Source: Lepidodermella squamata
Lineage: Eukaryota > Animalia > Gastrotricha
Direction: 5' to 3'
Length of the DNA stretch: 64,000 nucleotides
Assembly (NCBI GenBank): GCA_047495785.1
Contig: JBLDXI010000001.1
Span: 2,108,001-2,172,000 of the forward strand
Part shown: positions 37,886 to 49,624 of the stretch, one piece after another
Layout: the number at the start of each line of letters is the position of its first letter
How positions within the stretch are numbered: the first letter of the stretch is position 1
Made by a program: the position numbers and the translations under genes
Notes under the pieces: model-generated
Database searches by the model: none
What the model saw: the letters and a program-made list of their open reading frames with translations, nothing else
Told to the model about the DNA's origin: nothing

Positions 37886-39455
37886 TTTATTATCAACCTA
37901 ATATTGAACAATTCAACAGTTTGAGAAATAATATAGTGAAATGGGGGAATTTTTCTGAAATTTGTTGCATGAGTAACATGAGGATCACTTGTGACTCTTG
38001 ATGCTATTACGCAGTTTTGTAGTTAAAAGCGAGTTTGAATATAGAACATGTGTTGAAGGTTTACACTAGCACGGTGCTTTAGCTCAATAATAATACGTCA
38101 AGTGTCAATGTAAATTCGTGTTCACGTGGAGAGGTATAACAAAAAACGATAATATTTAAAACAGGTAACGGCTAGAATGTCTATATACTAATAACTGAGA
38201 CATTTATAATTAAAAAATGACATAAGGCATAACTTTGATTGCTGTGTCAGAAAACAGAATAGCTTGAAAAAAAACACGCAGATAACTCGATTTTTTCCAG
38301 GTGTGACTTTTCCCGCAGAACTCTTTCCCGGAACCGTCGAGGAGATAAGGCAGCTAAAACACATAAATAAATAGCTACTGATAACGAATGGGCGTGGCTG
38401 GGAAAATAATGGCAATTTTTTCATAATTAAAAATAGCTTAAGTCTAAAGGAAAATTCCAGTAATATACATGAAAAATATGGCTCTATTTTATGAGACATC
38501 ATTTACCAGTATTTTATAATCCCTGGGTAACCGCAGGCATTGCTTCATCTCATACTTGCATTAATCCTATACTCTGATTTCTCAGACACCTATTCAAACA
38601 TATAATAGCATGATGACGAGTCTGGCTTATATAGCTATACTTTTGGCAAAACGGATGGGTTAGGGAAAAAAGTGCGCCACATGCATATATTCACATCGTG
38701 AATATAGCACTGAGCTTTTTATTACAAAAAAGGAAATAAAATATCACGTATCTTTTACGCGTTTCCGCTTTTATATATAAAAGTCAAGGTATATAAACGG
38801 CCTTTCATTTCATCATTAAAATTTGCGAAACGTCAATAAAACCCGCAAATTTCTTTGTCCTTCAACTGTCAATAAAAAGAATTTGATCGCGAATCTGCCC
38901 CATGGCTTGTGCGGCTCGATGCGAAGTGGATTTGAAGCTGATTCGAACTGAAGTTAACATCCGCAGATAAATGAAGATTAACTCAAAATTATTGCTTTAT
39001 TTATATTTTTGACGCCGGCATGTCAAACATGGAACGACTGAACACGTTTTTAAAATTCAGCAACAGATTTGAAATACAAAGAAATGCGTCCTCTAGGCTT
39101 ACTAGGATTCAGATTGATTTGAGGATGAAAAGGCTTGAGATCGGCTACATAGAGTAATGGAAATTACCAAATTTTTCTCATTTTTCTCTAAATTTTAGCG
39201 AATTTGGGAAGTTGAAGAGGGGCTCGGTGACCGAGTCATTCCAAAATCGATGTTGAATCGGCTAATGGGAAAATCGGCAATGGGGAAAATCTTAACGCGG
39301 TACGGAATTTTAATTCAATACCCATCCATTTTAACCAATTATTTAAATGGTTCGGTTAGGTTAGGGTTCGGTTCGATTCGGGGTTCAAATCCCTCATCAC
39401 GCAATTTATCTCTTTCTTTTAAATCTGTCTGCTCACAAATTTTATCTCGCTTTAA

Positions 39456-40921
39456 CCCTACGAGGACTGAAATCTGGGCTCACATTCTAAGCTGAAGGGG
39501 CAAATTCCAACCCCGAAAACTAGGAAAGAATAACCAGAGAAACAGCATATTGTTCATAGGTTATTGTTGTTTTTAGATCATTATGAGGTAAAACTACGAT
39601 AGCCAACAATTTTTTGATCATTTTTAAATGCTCAAAAAGGGTAAAATCTTAATATAACTGGGAATGGTTACTATGGCAACAAAGGATATGTCCCGATGTT
39701 CTTGACAAGTAAACTCGCTGCAACTGAAGCACCGAATGACTGAATTTCGGTCCATTTTTCAAGGGCAGATGATTTATCGCCCGTTCTTGGGCCATCAACT
39801 TCGGCAAGTCGCGGCTTCTTGACGAGCATTTTGGTGCAATTCAGGTAAATAATACAGGTACGCGATGGCTCTTGTTAGACCAATGTACATCAACTAGCAA
39901 AGGCAATCCATTCGATTTCGTCGGCTGAAGTGTGATCGCCTCCGATGAATCGATTGTCCCGCGAACGAACAGCAATACGATCGATTCATGCGGCATATCG
40001 GAGGCGATCCCACTTCAACCGACGATACCGAAATGATGACCTTTCTTTGCTAGTTGATGTCGCATCCGGCCCGCTACCCGAGTTCCTCATCGCGAAAAGC
40101 CGCCAAGCATCAACTAAACAGGCGCCTCGTGGAAAACAAGCAACTCAATCTGATGCCTTTTGCGTAGGAAACGTAGCCCAAAGCCGACTCCTCATTACCG
40201 CCCACGGTAATGAGGAGTCGGCTTCGGCGTACGTTTAGTTCCACGAGGCGCCGGTTTAGTTGAAGCTTGACGGCTTTTCGCGAGGAGGAACTCGGGTAGC
40301 GGGCCGTTGATAGCAGCTGGGCCGTCGCTAGGATCGTCTTCGCTGTCGCAATCCGAACCTGACCCGGTATCGGTAGTACCATCTCGGCGTTTGCGTCGTT
40401 TGAGTACTCGATTTGAGTCGGATCCGGACATCTTGAAGTCAGAATCCGATCCAGAATTGGATGCAATTTAGTAGCCGTGTAAACCAATCCCGTAGAGACA
40501 TTTTGTAATTGGTAAAATTTAGTCAACTTGAAGGATAACATTTTCGGTAAATTAGTAAAACTTCAAGTTGGAATGGTAATTTCGGCATGTCTTTGACGCA
40601 TGTTCATCGTTCTGGTAACCCAGTAGATGTCGCTGCTGAATGGTTAACGTAATTATTGAGCAATTTCCAATACTATCCATGATAAACGCACTGAAAATTA
40701 TGGGGTCGGGTTTAGCCCCTTCAGCTAAAAACGTGACCAAAAATTAAGACTCAATTTGTGAGAAAATTATCAGCGGTAGATAAATGACATTTTGCAGAAT
40801 TCTTTCTCATGTCCTAACCTCCCTAGATCTGAAAGGAATTGGCTGAAATCGATAAGGTTGCTGAACTGTAACAAAAAAACGCGTTTTTCTCTCCTGGTTA
40901 CCCCAATTAGTCCTCGCAGGG
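39456..40921 (-). mobile_element. Non-autonomous piggyBac-like element with internal fold-back hairpins
   Basis: TTAA at 39452-39455 and 40922-40925. TIRs CCCTACGAGGACT / AGTCCTCGCAGGG. Subterminal inverted GCTGAAGGGGC / GCCCCTTCAGC. Short acidic ORF 40431-40195. Confidence 0.75.
39724..40305. repeat. Three tandem long inverted repeats (hairpins 39724-39844, 39887-40060, 40068-40305)
   Basis: Read directly. A 67-bp arm with 4 mismatches plus a perfect 20-bp stem (40181-40200 / 40205-40224, loop CCCA). ACATCAACTAGCAAAG / CTTTGCTAGTTGATGT closes the second hairpin. The first hairpin is more imperfect. Confidence 0.85.
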
Positions 40922-41120
40922 TTAATGCGAACGTTGACCCTAATCTGCATATTCACACTGAGCAGGTCGAAATTACCCTCGAAATTCGCCGAGTCATTTA
41001 CTCGTGAATATCTGAGCAGGAGAAGGTATATTTTTACCGTGATTAACACTAGGATATGCAGTTTCGGCGCAAGGTACGTCATCAAATTCATGCACCTCAA
41101 AAACGAAGCCCGAAAAATTA

Positions 41121-41931
41121 AGGAATTCTTCCCGGTGTTGAGGGCAGAACCGAGAATTCTGCCCGCTGAAAATGCCCGAGGGCGTAGCGGAGCGCAGCGA
41201 AGCGAAGCCCGAGGGTATTTTCAAGGGCTGAATTCGAGGTTTTGCCCGAGACACAAGGGAAGAGTTCCTGTTCCTTCCCAGTTGGTTATTTTCGTTAATC
41301 CGACACTCGGACGAGTGAAAATGGGGAATGGTGTATAGTGCGTATGAAAGATGACCGTTGTTAATAACGAAAATAAGAAATCCAGCTTAAAATTTGTAGC
41401 AAATTTTTTTTTTAAATTTTTTTTGTTCGTTGTTCATTTCCTTGTTTTATTATCAATTGAATATTGCGAATTTCCGTCGAATTTTCAATGGAGATCACTT
41501 TTGATATTGGCGACCTGGGCCTCGGTGCTCTCGCTGACGGCTCCGTGGAAGTGAAACAGCGCGAAGAATCCGATCCAATTCGACTTCTCGAACGAGAACT
41601 TGATGCTGATATCGAAGAAGAAGAATCCGATGAAGAGGGTGATACGTCGGAGTTCATTCAAGAAGTCGAAAATTTCGTGGCTGGTTTTGAAGCAAACGGC
41701 ACAGCTCAGAAAACCAAGCAGCACTGGAGCCGATTTGTCGCATTTGTCGAGCAGCGATTCCACATTTCGGAGCAACTATTAGTTGAACTTACGGTCAAGG
41801 ATATGGATCTCTATGTCGCTCTTTTTCTCAAGCAGTTGACGAAGACTGATGGTAGCGCGATGGAGCCGACAACGATTCGAGGCATTTATTCCTCCATCAT
41901 TCGCCATCTTGTAGTCGTTATTAACAATTAA
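41121..41931 (+). mobile_element. Crypton-type (tyrosine recombinase / DUF3504-related) transposon remnant with upstream palindrome; truncated ORF 41488-41931
   Basis: NGTAQKTKQHWSRF...MDLYVALFLKQLTKTDGSAMEPTTIRGIYSSIIRHL matches the Crypton/KCTD1/ZMYM N-terminal pattern (L..F....K.DG..YEP.T). The ORF stops before the catalytic core. Imperfect palindrome at 41121-41269 with a GCGAAGC core. Confidence 0.75.
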
Positions 41932-43662
41932 TCCGGCCCAAACACTTGTTTTAAAGTTTAAACATTCTAATAAAGGTTATTCACTTGTTCACTCGTTTGG
42001 TCAGAGTCTGAAGGTTGTAGTAAAGGGACTGGGAACGGAAATTGAAGTTGTGCAACATTATTTCAGGTGAGAGGTTTTCCCGAATTTTCGAGAGCATCAA
42101 TTGATTTTCGAAAATAAAAAATCCACCCTAATCGTTTGAGCGGGCAGAAACAGCGGGCAGAAACATCGGGCAGAATCACTTTTTCCGTCTAGGCAAAAAA
42201 TAACCAACTGGGCAGGAACGCTTTTTGTTGTCCGAAATAAGACCAAGTCTGATGAAGTTTTTTTTGAAAAAAAACCGAAAAGCTTAAATTTTTCTCACTC
42301 ATATATATTTTCAGGCGAGTTCTGTTGAACTTCGAAATTCACCGAAATCATGGCAGAAATAATTCTGCAAGGCTTTTCTTCTGCACAGTGCGAGGGATAT
42401 GGAGAAAAATGTGACATTCGCTGATTGCCGCTGTATAAATATTTCCCCCAATTTCCAATTCCCTATCGAGCCCTCGGAAAAACGTACGCAAAAAAGACGC
42501 AAATCACGCCGATTTTTTACGACTTTACAGTTGTACTCGAAATTAGATTATCATATTACAGCGCTTTCAAGTGGATGTCTCTCTCGGCTATTAATAACAA
42601 TATTGACATGGACACTCTTGAGATCAGCCATCGTTCGGCGGCACGGCAGAAAAACTTCAGCAGGCACGCGAAACAAGTGTCTCGCGTCATCTTCCCCAGG
42701 GATGCAACAACCATGTAAAACATCCGCCGGGCTTCGCGGCGCAATAACTCGGCCATGCTGCTCTATCATTACAACGATCATATTATTATACGAAATAAAA
42801 ATACATGAATAAAAAATTCGCCTCAAATGACCGCGACCGTTTATAGCATACACAATTTTTTGGCGCGCATATATTGGAAAATGGACACCTCTTTTTCTCA
42901 AGTTATTTTCTGTACATATGATAATTTTCGCAGTTCGTTTTTCACTGTAATCATTAAAAAAAATAAGCAGCGTTCTTGTTATAAAATCATTATTTTTCGC
43001 GTGTTGCGCTAATTTTTCAAGATAAATATTGCGACTTCCGCGCCAATTTTGCGCTTGAATAGCGCGTGTCGACACGTGTGTATGATATGCGGATGTGCGT
43101 CTTAATTCGCGAGACGCTTACGCACCCAGGCACATGTTTCCCCCAAGTCGCAAAAGGCGAATGATACACCCTACTTATTTTGCTTTATTTATACAAATTG
43201 GCGTAAATACTCCGCGTATAAGAGTCCCTGTTTTAGCCACGCCATATTCGCTACGTCATAATATTATAATATACTATGTATATATCGGTAAATTACAATG
43301 TTTATGCAGTGTGTGTATGTGTGTGATAATACGAATTATATCGGCGGCGCGTTGTTTTACGTTCCGAAACACGCGAAACATATATTACGACGGGCCAAAA
43401 TCTAGGGAGCTGCTACTTGCCTCCGAGAAATGTAAATAGCGAATCATCAAACGATATGATGATTATTCCCACCGCGGCCTAATAATGGCTACCTATTATT
43501 ATCTGTTGCTTTGTTCCTACATACATTATTTTTTGCGTGTTTCATCCGCCATAAAATAATATAGCTGATTTTTATCGAAAGATAAAGATGATCTTTGATG
43601 TTAACGCGGTAATTGCGATGTTATATACTAATGGCGAGTGCATCACCTGGGAAGGCTGAGCG

Positions 43663-46600
43663 ATGAGAAAACGCCAATGTTACATTGTTTTCATCACAAT
43701 TCTTTCATCGGCGTTCTTTCTACATTGTCACCACCCGGTTCTTGGTGGTAAGTTGACTTGGATGTTGTAGTAACCGCAACGAGCTTTATCTTTGGTTGCT
43801 TTTATAGCAAATCAAATCGGCAAAGTTTGTAAAGATGACGACGAATGCGGAGAAAATGAACACTGCAGCGTTCCGCGCCTTGTCAAGCCGCCGTGTACCC
43901 GGGGCAACTGTGTTTGTCAACCATGTTTCGCGAACAAAACTGCTACTTCGAATTGCGAGCCAAGTAAATTTCATAGTTCATTTACTAATTTGTAAATTAA
44001 TGCTATTTTAACGGGCAAAACTAGCTGCGGCTGTGTGCACCCTAAATTTAAGGTTCCAGCGCTATATTTGAAACTCCATTTGAGACATTTAGAAATTTAG
44101 ACCAGTTTTTTATTGAGTTCGATTGGAATAAGGAATAACCCATCGAATTCATTCGGCCCTGAGTTCAACTGGTATGAGATCGATTCATTCGGTCCTGAGA
44201 TTTCACATTGGAAGTCACTTTTCATCTCTGAAGGTACCAAATCGCTACCTAAATGAAAAGGTTAAATTTAGGGTTCCAGTACTAAATTCCAGTCAAAATA
44301 TGGTTTCCCGAGTTTCTAGCTCTTATCTAAGCTCCAATGTTTGATTATCGGACCTAACTGATAGATTTCACTTTCACAGTCAGTTTAAGAATTACACTTT
44401 TCTGCTGATTTAATTGCAAAATCTCGAAGTTAGGGTGAAATTCTTTAGTTAAGCGCTGAGTTAGGATTCATTTTGGAGTTTTGATCGATTCATTGTCTAA
44501 CCATACCTTATTTTCTGATCTTTTCAAAGTTCACTTGGAAAGACCATGTGATCTAGCGTGCCACAACGGAACGCAGCCGTACGAAGAGTGCGACGATTGG
44601 TGCGAAGACCAGCCACCGCTGAAAATGCTGACGCCCAACTCTTACTGCCAGAGCTTCAACCGCGGCAAGCTATCACGCCGCACACTCTGCATCGGCTGCT
44701 ACGAGTCGCGAAACCGGCGCTGTGTGCCGCAGTTTGAACTCGACTTTAAGGCGGAGTGCGACGCCGACTGCGCGTGCGCCAGTAACCTGAAATGCAACGG
44801 CAAATGCATGTGCTTGACGACGAACGAACATTGGGACCCGGTGAAGTTGACATGCGTTCGGCGCGAGCTCGATGACAAGTGCCTCAACGACAGAGATTGT
44901 GATGTTGACCCGGGTGATGCTGAGTATGGGCCATTCTATCGCGGTTTAGCCTGCGTGAAAGGTCATTAACATCCATCTCTTTTTTCACAAATTTCAATTA
45001 ATTGTCTTTAATTAGGTCAATGTAAATGTGCGGCGAATTTCACGGCGACGCAGGTGACTTATCTGGATGACAATGGGGCGCTGACCACCCGGCTGATTTG
45101 CGTCATCAACACGGCTAGTGTTAAGCTGACCGAGCGTGAAAAGTGTACATTCAAAAATATTTACGATGGCAAATACGCGTCGACGAAAATCTGCGCGCCC
45201 GGCCTACTATGCATGTCCTGTGTTAACAACCCGACAAAAATATGCCGTAAATAGTTGGAATAATTATTTTCAAAAAATTTACACCGTTTCCCTTTCAGGT
45301 AAAGTCATTCCTGGTGGTACCAATTTAAAAGGTAAATTTCGATTTTTTGAATTCAGTGAATTTTTTGGATTTTTCCAGATTTTAAAATGTGCGACAATAA
45401 TTTGACTATCGAGGCCGGTCCTATAGATTATATGCAGAAACCTAAAGTTGGAAACGGTTAGATTTCTTTGGTTTCATGATAAGCCATTGTCATTTCGGGT
45501 TCAATTTTCAGACTGTGGTAGAGATTCTCACTGCGGGCCGAATGAAATTTGCCACAAGACAAGTGTGACCCCGCCGTGCCTTGAAGGATCCTGTTCGTGC
45601 CAGCAATGCCACGCAGTTGGACCCGATAATTATTGCATTCCAGGTTTGTCAGTTCTATTCTAAATTCCATTGCAGATCATCAGGGGTTATTTTTGATTTA
45701 AACAAAAAACCATGAGCCAGTTTCCAGTTTCAAATTGCTCATCATTAGCCGTGACCTACTTTTTACCAGCATCTATTATTGCTATGATTCATTATACAAT
45801 TAGGTCAACAAGTGTTTTTGAGGTCAAAATGCTCGATTTCGGACAAAAATCGGCCGTTGAAGTCGACTTTATGTTTGCGAGATCAAGCCGACTCTAGTGA
45901 AATAGAGTTGCCCTTTTGTTCGAGAATCTTACCGACATGATAAAGTTAACTTATAAAGACAGCTTCGAAAATTGCCCTCTTTCATGGCTTACTTTTTTGC
46001 TATTTCAGTTATATTCGGGAAATTTACTCCAAAAAGTTTTCTGTTTTAGAATGCTATTGATTTTAATTTTCCGAATTCGATTCGATCAGCGATAGGTTAA
46101 TAGGCTAGCGATTTTGTAGTGGTTATGGAGTATTTCCTTGGAAATTGACCTTGAAAGAAGTTGAAATTTAGGTTTTTTCCAATTTTATATTAGGAGGAAT
46201 AAGCACTTTTTAAGTAATCATATAATTCTCTCCCCATTTTTAGTTCAAATATTACCGCTCGGTGCACCGTGTAAAAATTGGCTCGGAGTTGAAATTTACC
46301 CGGAAAATGCCGGTTGCAAAAAGGGCATCGTTGCCTGTAACATGTATTACAAACAAGCAGCTGATGATAACAACAAATGCGAACCCGATGCCGAACACTA
46401 CGCCATGCCGGGCGAGGACTGTACGTCGACAGCCAACTGCTTTGGCGTCCTCATCTGCTCGGCATCAGTCGTCATGACAGCCTCGATGAACAAACAGCCG
46501 CGACAATGCGGTTGCCAGATCGGTGACAACCAGCGGTGGGACCCCAAAGTGCGCAAGTGTGTCGGGCCGAAATTGGGTGATTATTGCACCCGCGATTCGG

Positions 46601-49165
46601 AATGTACAGCCTACGAACTTTTGCCACCATCGGCGCAAAAACGCGTGTGTATCGACAATCAATGCGCGTGCGGCCCGGAGATGGCTGAATACAAGGGCCA
46701 ATGTTACGCGCCAAGTGTGTCAGACACGTGCCCCCACTGCCCGGAGGATCCTAGAAACGCACCTTGCAGGGGTAAGATATATCAGGCCTGAACTCTGAAC
46801 TATATTTCTAAAACTATCATTTTATGTTAAAAATTTCTCTGAAACTATGTATAGAAGGTAAAAACAGTCCGCTTTTTCTCACGCTTTTTCTTCGACAAAA
46901 TCCACCTTAAATCACGCTTTTCTGTTCTGAGCCACTTTATAGCTCATGAGAATCAAGCGTATTTTTCCAGTTTTCTGAGATTTTTCCTCTATTTCTTCTA
47001 ATATCAAGCCTCCTTCATCATCGAAGATGATAAAAGCGACCATGATCAAGGTAGGTTGCATCTATCCTGAATGTCGTCCTCTGACTCTATATGCCTCCCC
47101 TTGAAAGATTCGTGTTTAGCGGAATTATCAAACGCCTTGATCAAAGCCGAACGAGCCGCCAATCAAACGACATGCGTGCGTTTTTTGGAGCTTAAAAAAA
47201 TGTTCAATATTTTCTCTTTACTTCCTCGCAGAGTGCCAGTGCAAAACCTCCAGAGGAAAATAAGCTAGATCAATGTTTGTCGCGTTTTTTGATAGGAATC
47301 AAATGTTCAGGTTTCAATTTTTTAGTTTGCCTCGCTGATGATGAATGTGGCCCAAATGAATTCTGTCGTAAGGACGATTTTATACCGCCGTGCCAGTTTG
47401 GAAAATGCACCTGTCGGGCCTGCTACGACATCGGTTACAACAATACCTGTGCTCCAAGTTAGTTTTTTGTTGAAAATGCTAAAATATAAAATGCACAAAA
47501 AATATTATGGTCCAAAATATAAATTAAACTCCAAATTAAATTCCTCTGATTAAATTAAATTTAAGAAAGAAATTAAAATTGAAATTGAAATTATATTTTT
47601 AAATTTTGTGCTATTTCATGAACTTCTCATTATGTTGTGCAAATGTAATTTTATTGATTTTTTGGAAGTCGTCGTAATTTTTAAAAGGGAGTACCAAGTG
47701 GGCCCCCTAAATTTAGGGTTCCAGAACTAAATGTGACACTCCAGCACTAGATTGCCCCAAAATAAGGTTTTTCGAGTTTCTAGTGATCACTAGACTCTAA
47801 TTTTTTGCCTAACCGATAGACTTCATATCAGGTACGCGTATTTTGCGCTATGAGCGGTCAGTTAACGAGTTACACTTCATGTTATAGAGCCGATATCGAT
47901 TCCAAGCATCAATTTTACAAATCAGTGATTTTCCCGATATTACCAGCCGTCTTGGAACCCAGCATCGATAATTTTTCTACGTAGCTTAAAGGGCACCATG
48001 TAGCTAAAATTAAAAATCCTAATATCAGGGAGGGCATCAGTATCGATCAAAATACGAAAACGCCGAAATCGCATGGAGTCTGAAAAATTTACTGCTGGAA
48101 CCTCATTTTTGATGGTGCAAATATTTGTTTCTTTTAAAAATTTAAAATTAGAATTTAATCTTTATTTTTTCAATGAATTTTTCTATTTTATTTTTACACA
48201 AATTCCTGCCAATTTTAGCGACCATAATGACGGTTGGCTCGATGTGCTTCAATCGGCCAAACGAGCTCTACCAGCAGACAGTCGCCGACGTAGAAAAAGG
48301 CCTCACGCCTCTATTCTGCGACGCCGGCATCGTCCGCTGCAGCCCGTGTTTCAACTACGAAGAATCAACCGGTTTATGCAAATTGGCGCAAAAAGCGACG
48401 CAAAAGGAGGGTGAACCATGCGAGACATCATGCGATTGCCTCGGCCAGGGCGCTATGATATGCGGCTCCGACAGCCTGTGCGCGTGCCGCAGCATTAGCG
48501 AGCTGTTCGACGAGGCAACGCAACGGTGTAAACCCCGTGAATTGTGGACACCCTGCACAACGCACGAAAATTGCAATAATTCAAGTTTCACAATCGACGG
48601 CGGGCTGTGCGCGAATGGCTACTGCGCTTGCCGCCAGCTGTACCAGGTAACAACGACGGGCATCTACGACGGCATGTCGATATCGACGAAACAAATATGC
48701 GTGACGTCTCAGGCGAAGAGCCACCTTAATCGAAAACTCGGCGCAAATTGTATCCCAGAACCTATGCAACACGCTAGTGCTTTGTCGCAGCTTCAAGGCG
48801 GCGTTTGTAGCTCAGGATTAGCCTGCATCGCCTGTGACGGAGATTACGAGCCGAAACCGACGAGAGGCTATTGCCGGAAATTTACCGAGACGAGATCGTG
48901 GCTATCGAGTAATTTACGCACGAAAACAGAGTGCGCACTGGCCCTTGTTCGAAGTTATTCATCGAATTCCGCCCCGAAACGAGCTGTTGAAAAATCTCCT
49001 GTTAACCCCTTACAACCGTCTAAAAGCAAACAGCCATCTTATAGCATTAACGACGCAATTTTAAATGGATCGAATCATTTAAGGACAGCTAGGCTAACTA
49101 GTTTTCTTTCCTTGCTAGGAATGCTCGGTTTCAAAGTTTCAGAATTATTCTGGTACCGACTATAA
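43663..49165 (+). CDS. Secreted, probably GPI-anchored protein with three Cys-rich (EB-module/EGF-like) repeat units (about 890 aa; exons 43663-43747, 43808-43963, 44530-44961, 45016-45246, 45299-45331, 45512-45643, 46244-46771, ~47326-47457, 48219-49165)
   Basis: Signal peptide exon. Phase-1 GT-AG introns keep the frame. Each unit opens with C..D..CG.NE.C......PPC..G.C.C..C and contains C....DC/NC..L.C...C.C....WDP....C...L...C..D.DC. Hydrophobic C-terminus. The 46.8-47.3 kb junction is uncertain. Confidence 0.72.
44030..44400. mobile_element. Degenerate intronic copy or copies of the dispersed MITE family
   Basis: CACCCTAAATTTA(A/G)GGTTCCAG motif at about 44038 and 44265, plus internal family sequence. 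Confidence 0.55.
47687..48130. mobile_element. Intronic copy of the ~400-bp MITE family (reverse orientation)
   Basis: Reverse complement of 36428-36838 over most of its length. Confidence 0.75.
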
Positions 49166-49624
49166 AACTTCAGATAAATACTCCCTCTTACCTCTTGGCA
49201 TGTAATTATTTTCGTCTAAACCGTAAACCAGTGCTATAACATTTCAATTTTAGCCTCACCTTTGTTTATTGTCGTAACTAGTTTTTTTATCGCTTAATTG
49301 CAATCAAAATATCACAAAATTTCTATGACCTATGTGAAATTCGATTTTTATTACGCTCGAGTGGGATTCATTCAATTTTTTCTACACAATAAAATAATCG
49401 CTTTTCTTTTGTTGTTGTCGAATTTCAGCTTGTTTGGTATATAACCCACACGTTATGTTGTGGCACCTACTCATTTTGAAAAGGAGATGAAGATTAATTG
49501 TAAAGAAGACGTGATAAAAGGTGTACTACATGCGTAGGGCTAAACGTGTGGGTATGTTAATCACCGATGATGGCTAAAGTTGTGGAACCAGAAACTGGAG
49601 TTGTATCATAAATTTGTCAACAAG

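Noticed and set aside
38568-38595. ATACTCTGATTTCTC resembling the U5 snRNA 5' end
   Set aside because: Lacks the invariant GCCTTTTAC loop and an Sm site.
39378-39400. GGGGTTCAAATCCC tRNA T-arm-like motif
   Set aside because: No acceptor, D or anticodon stems; embedded in a GGTT-rich repeat.
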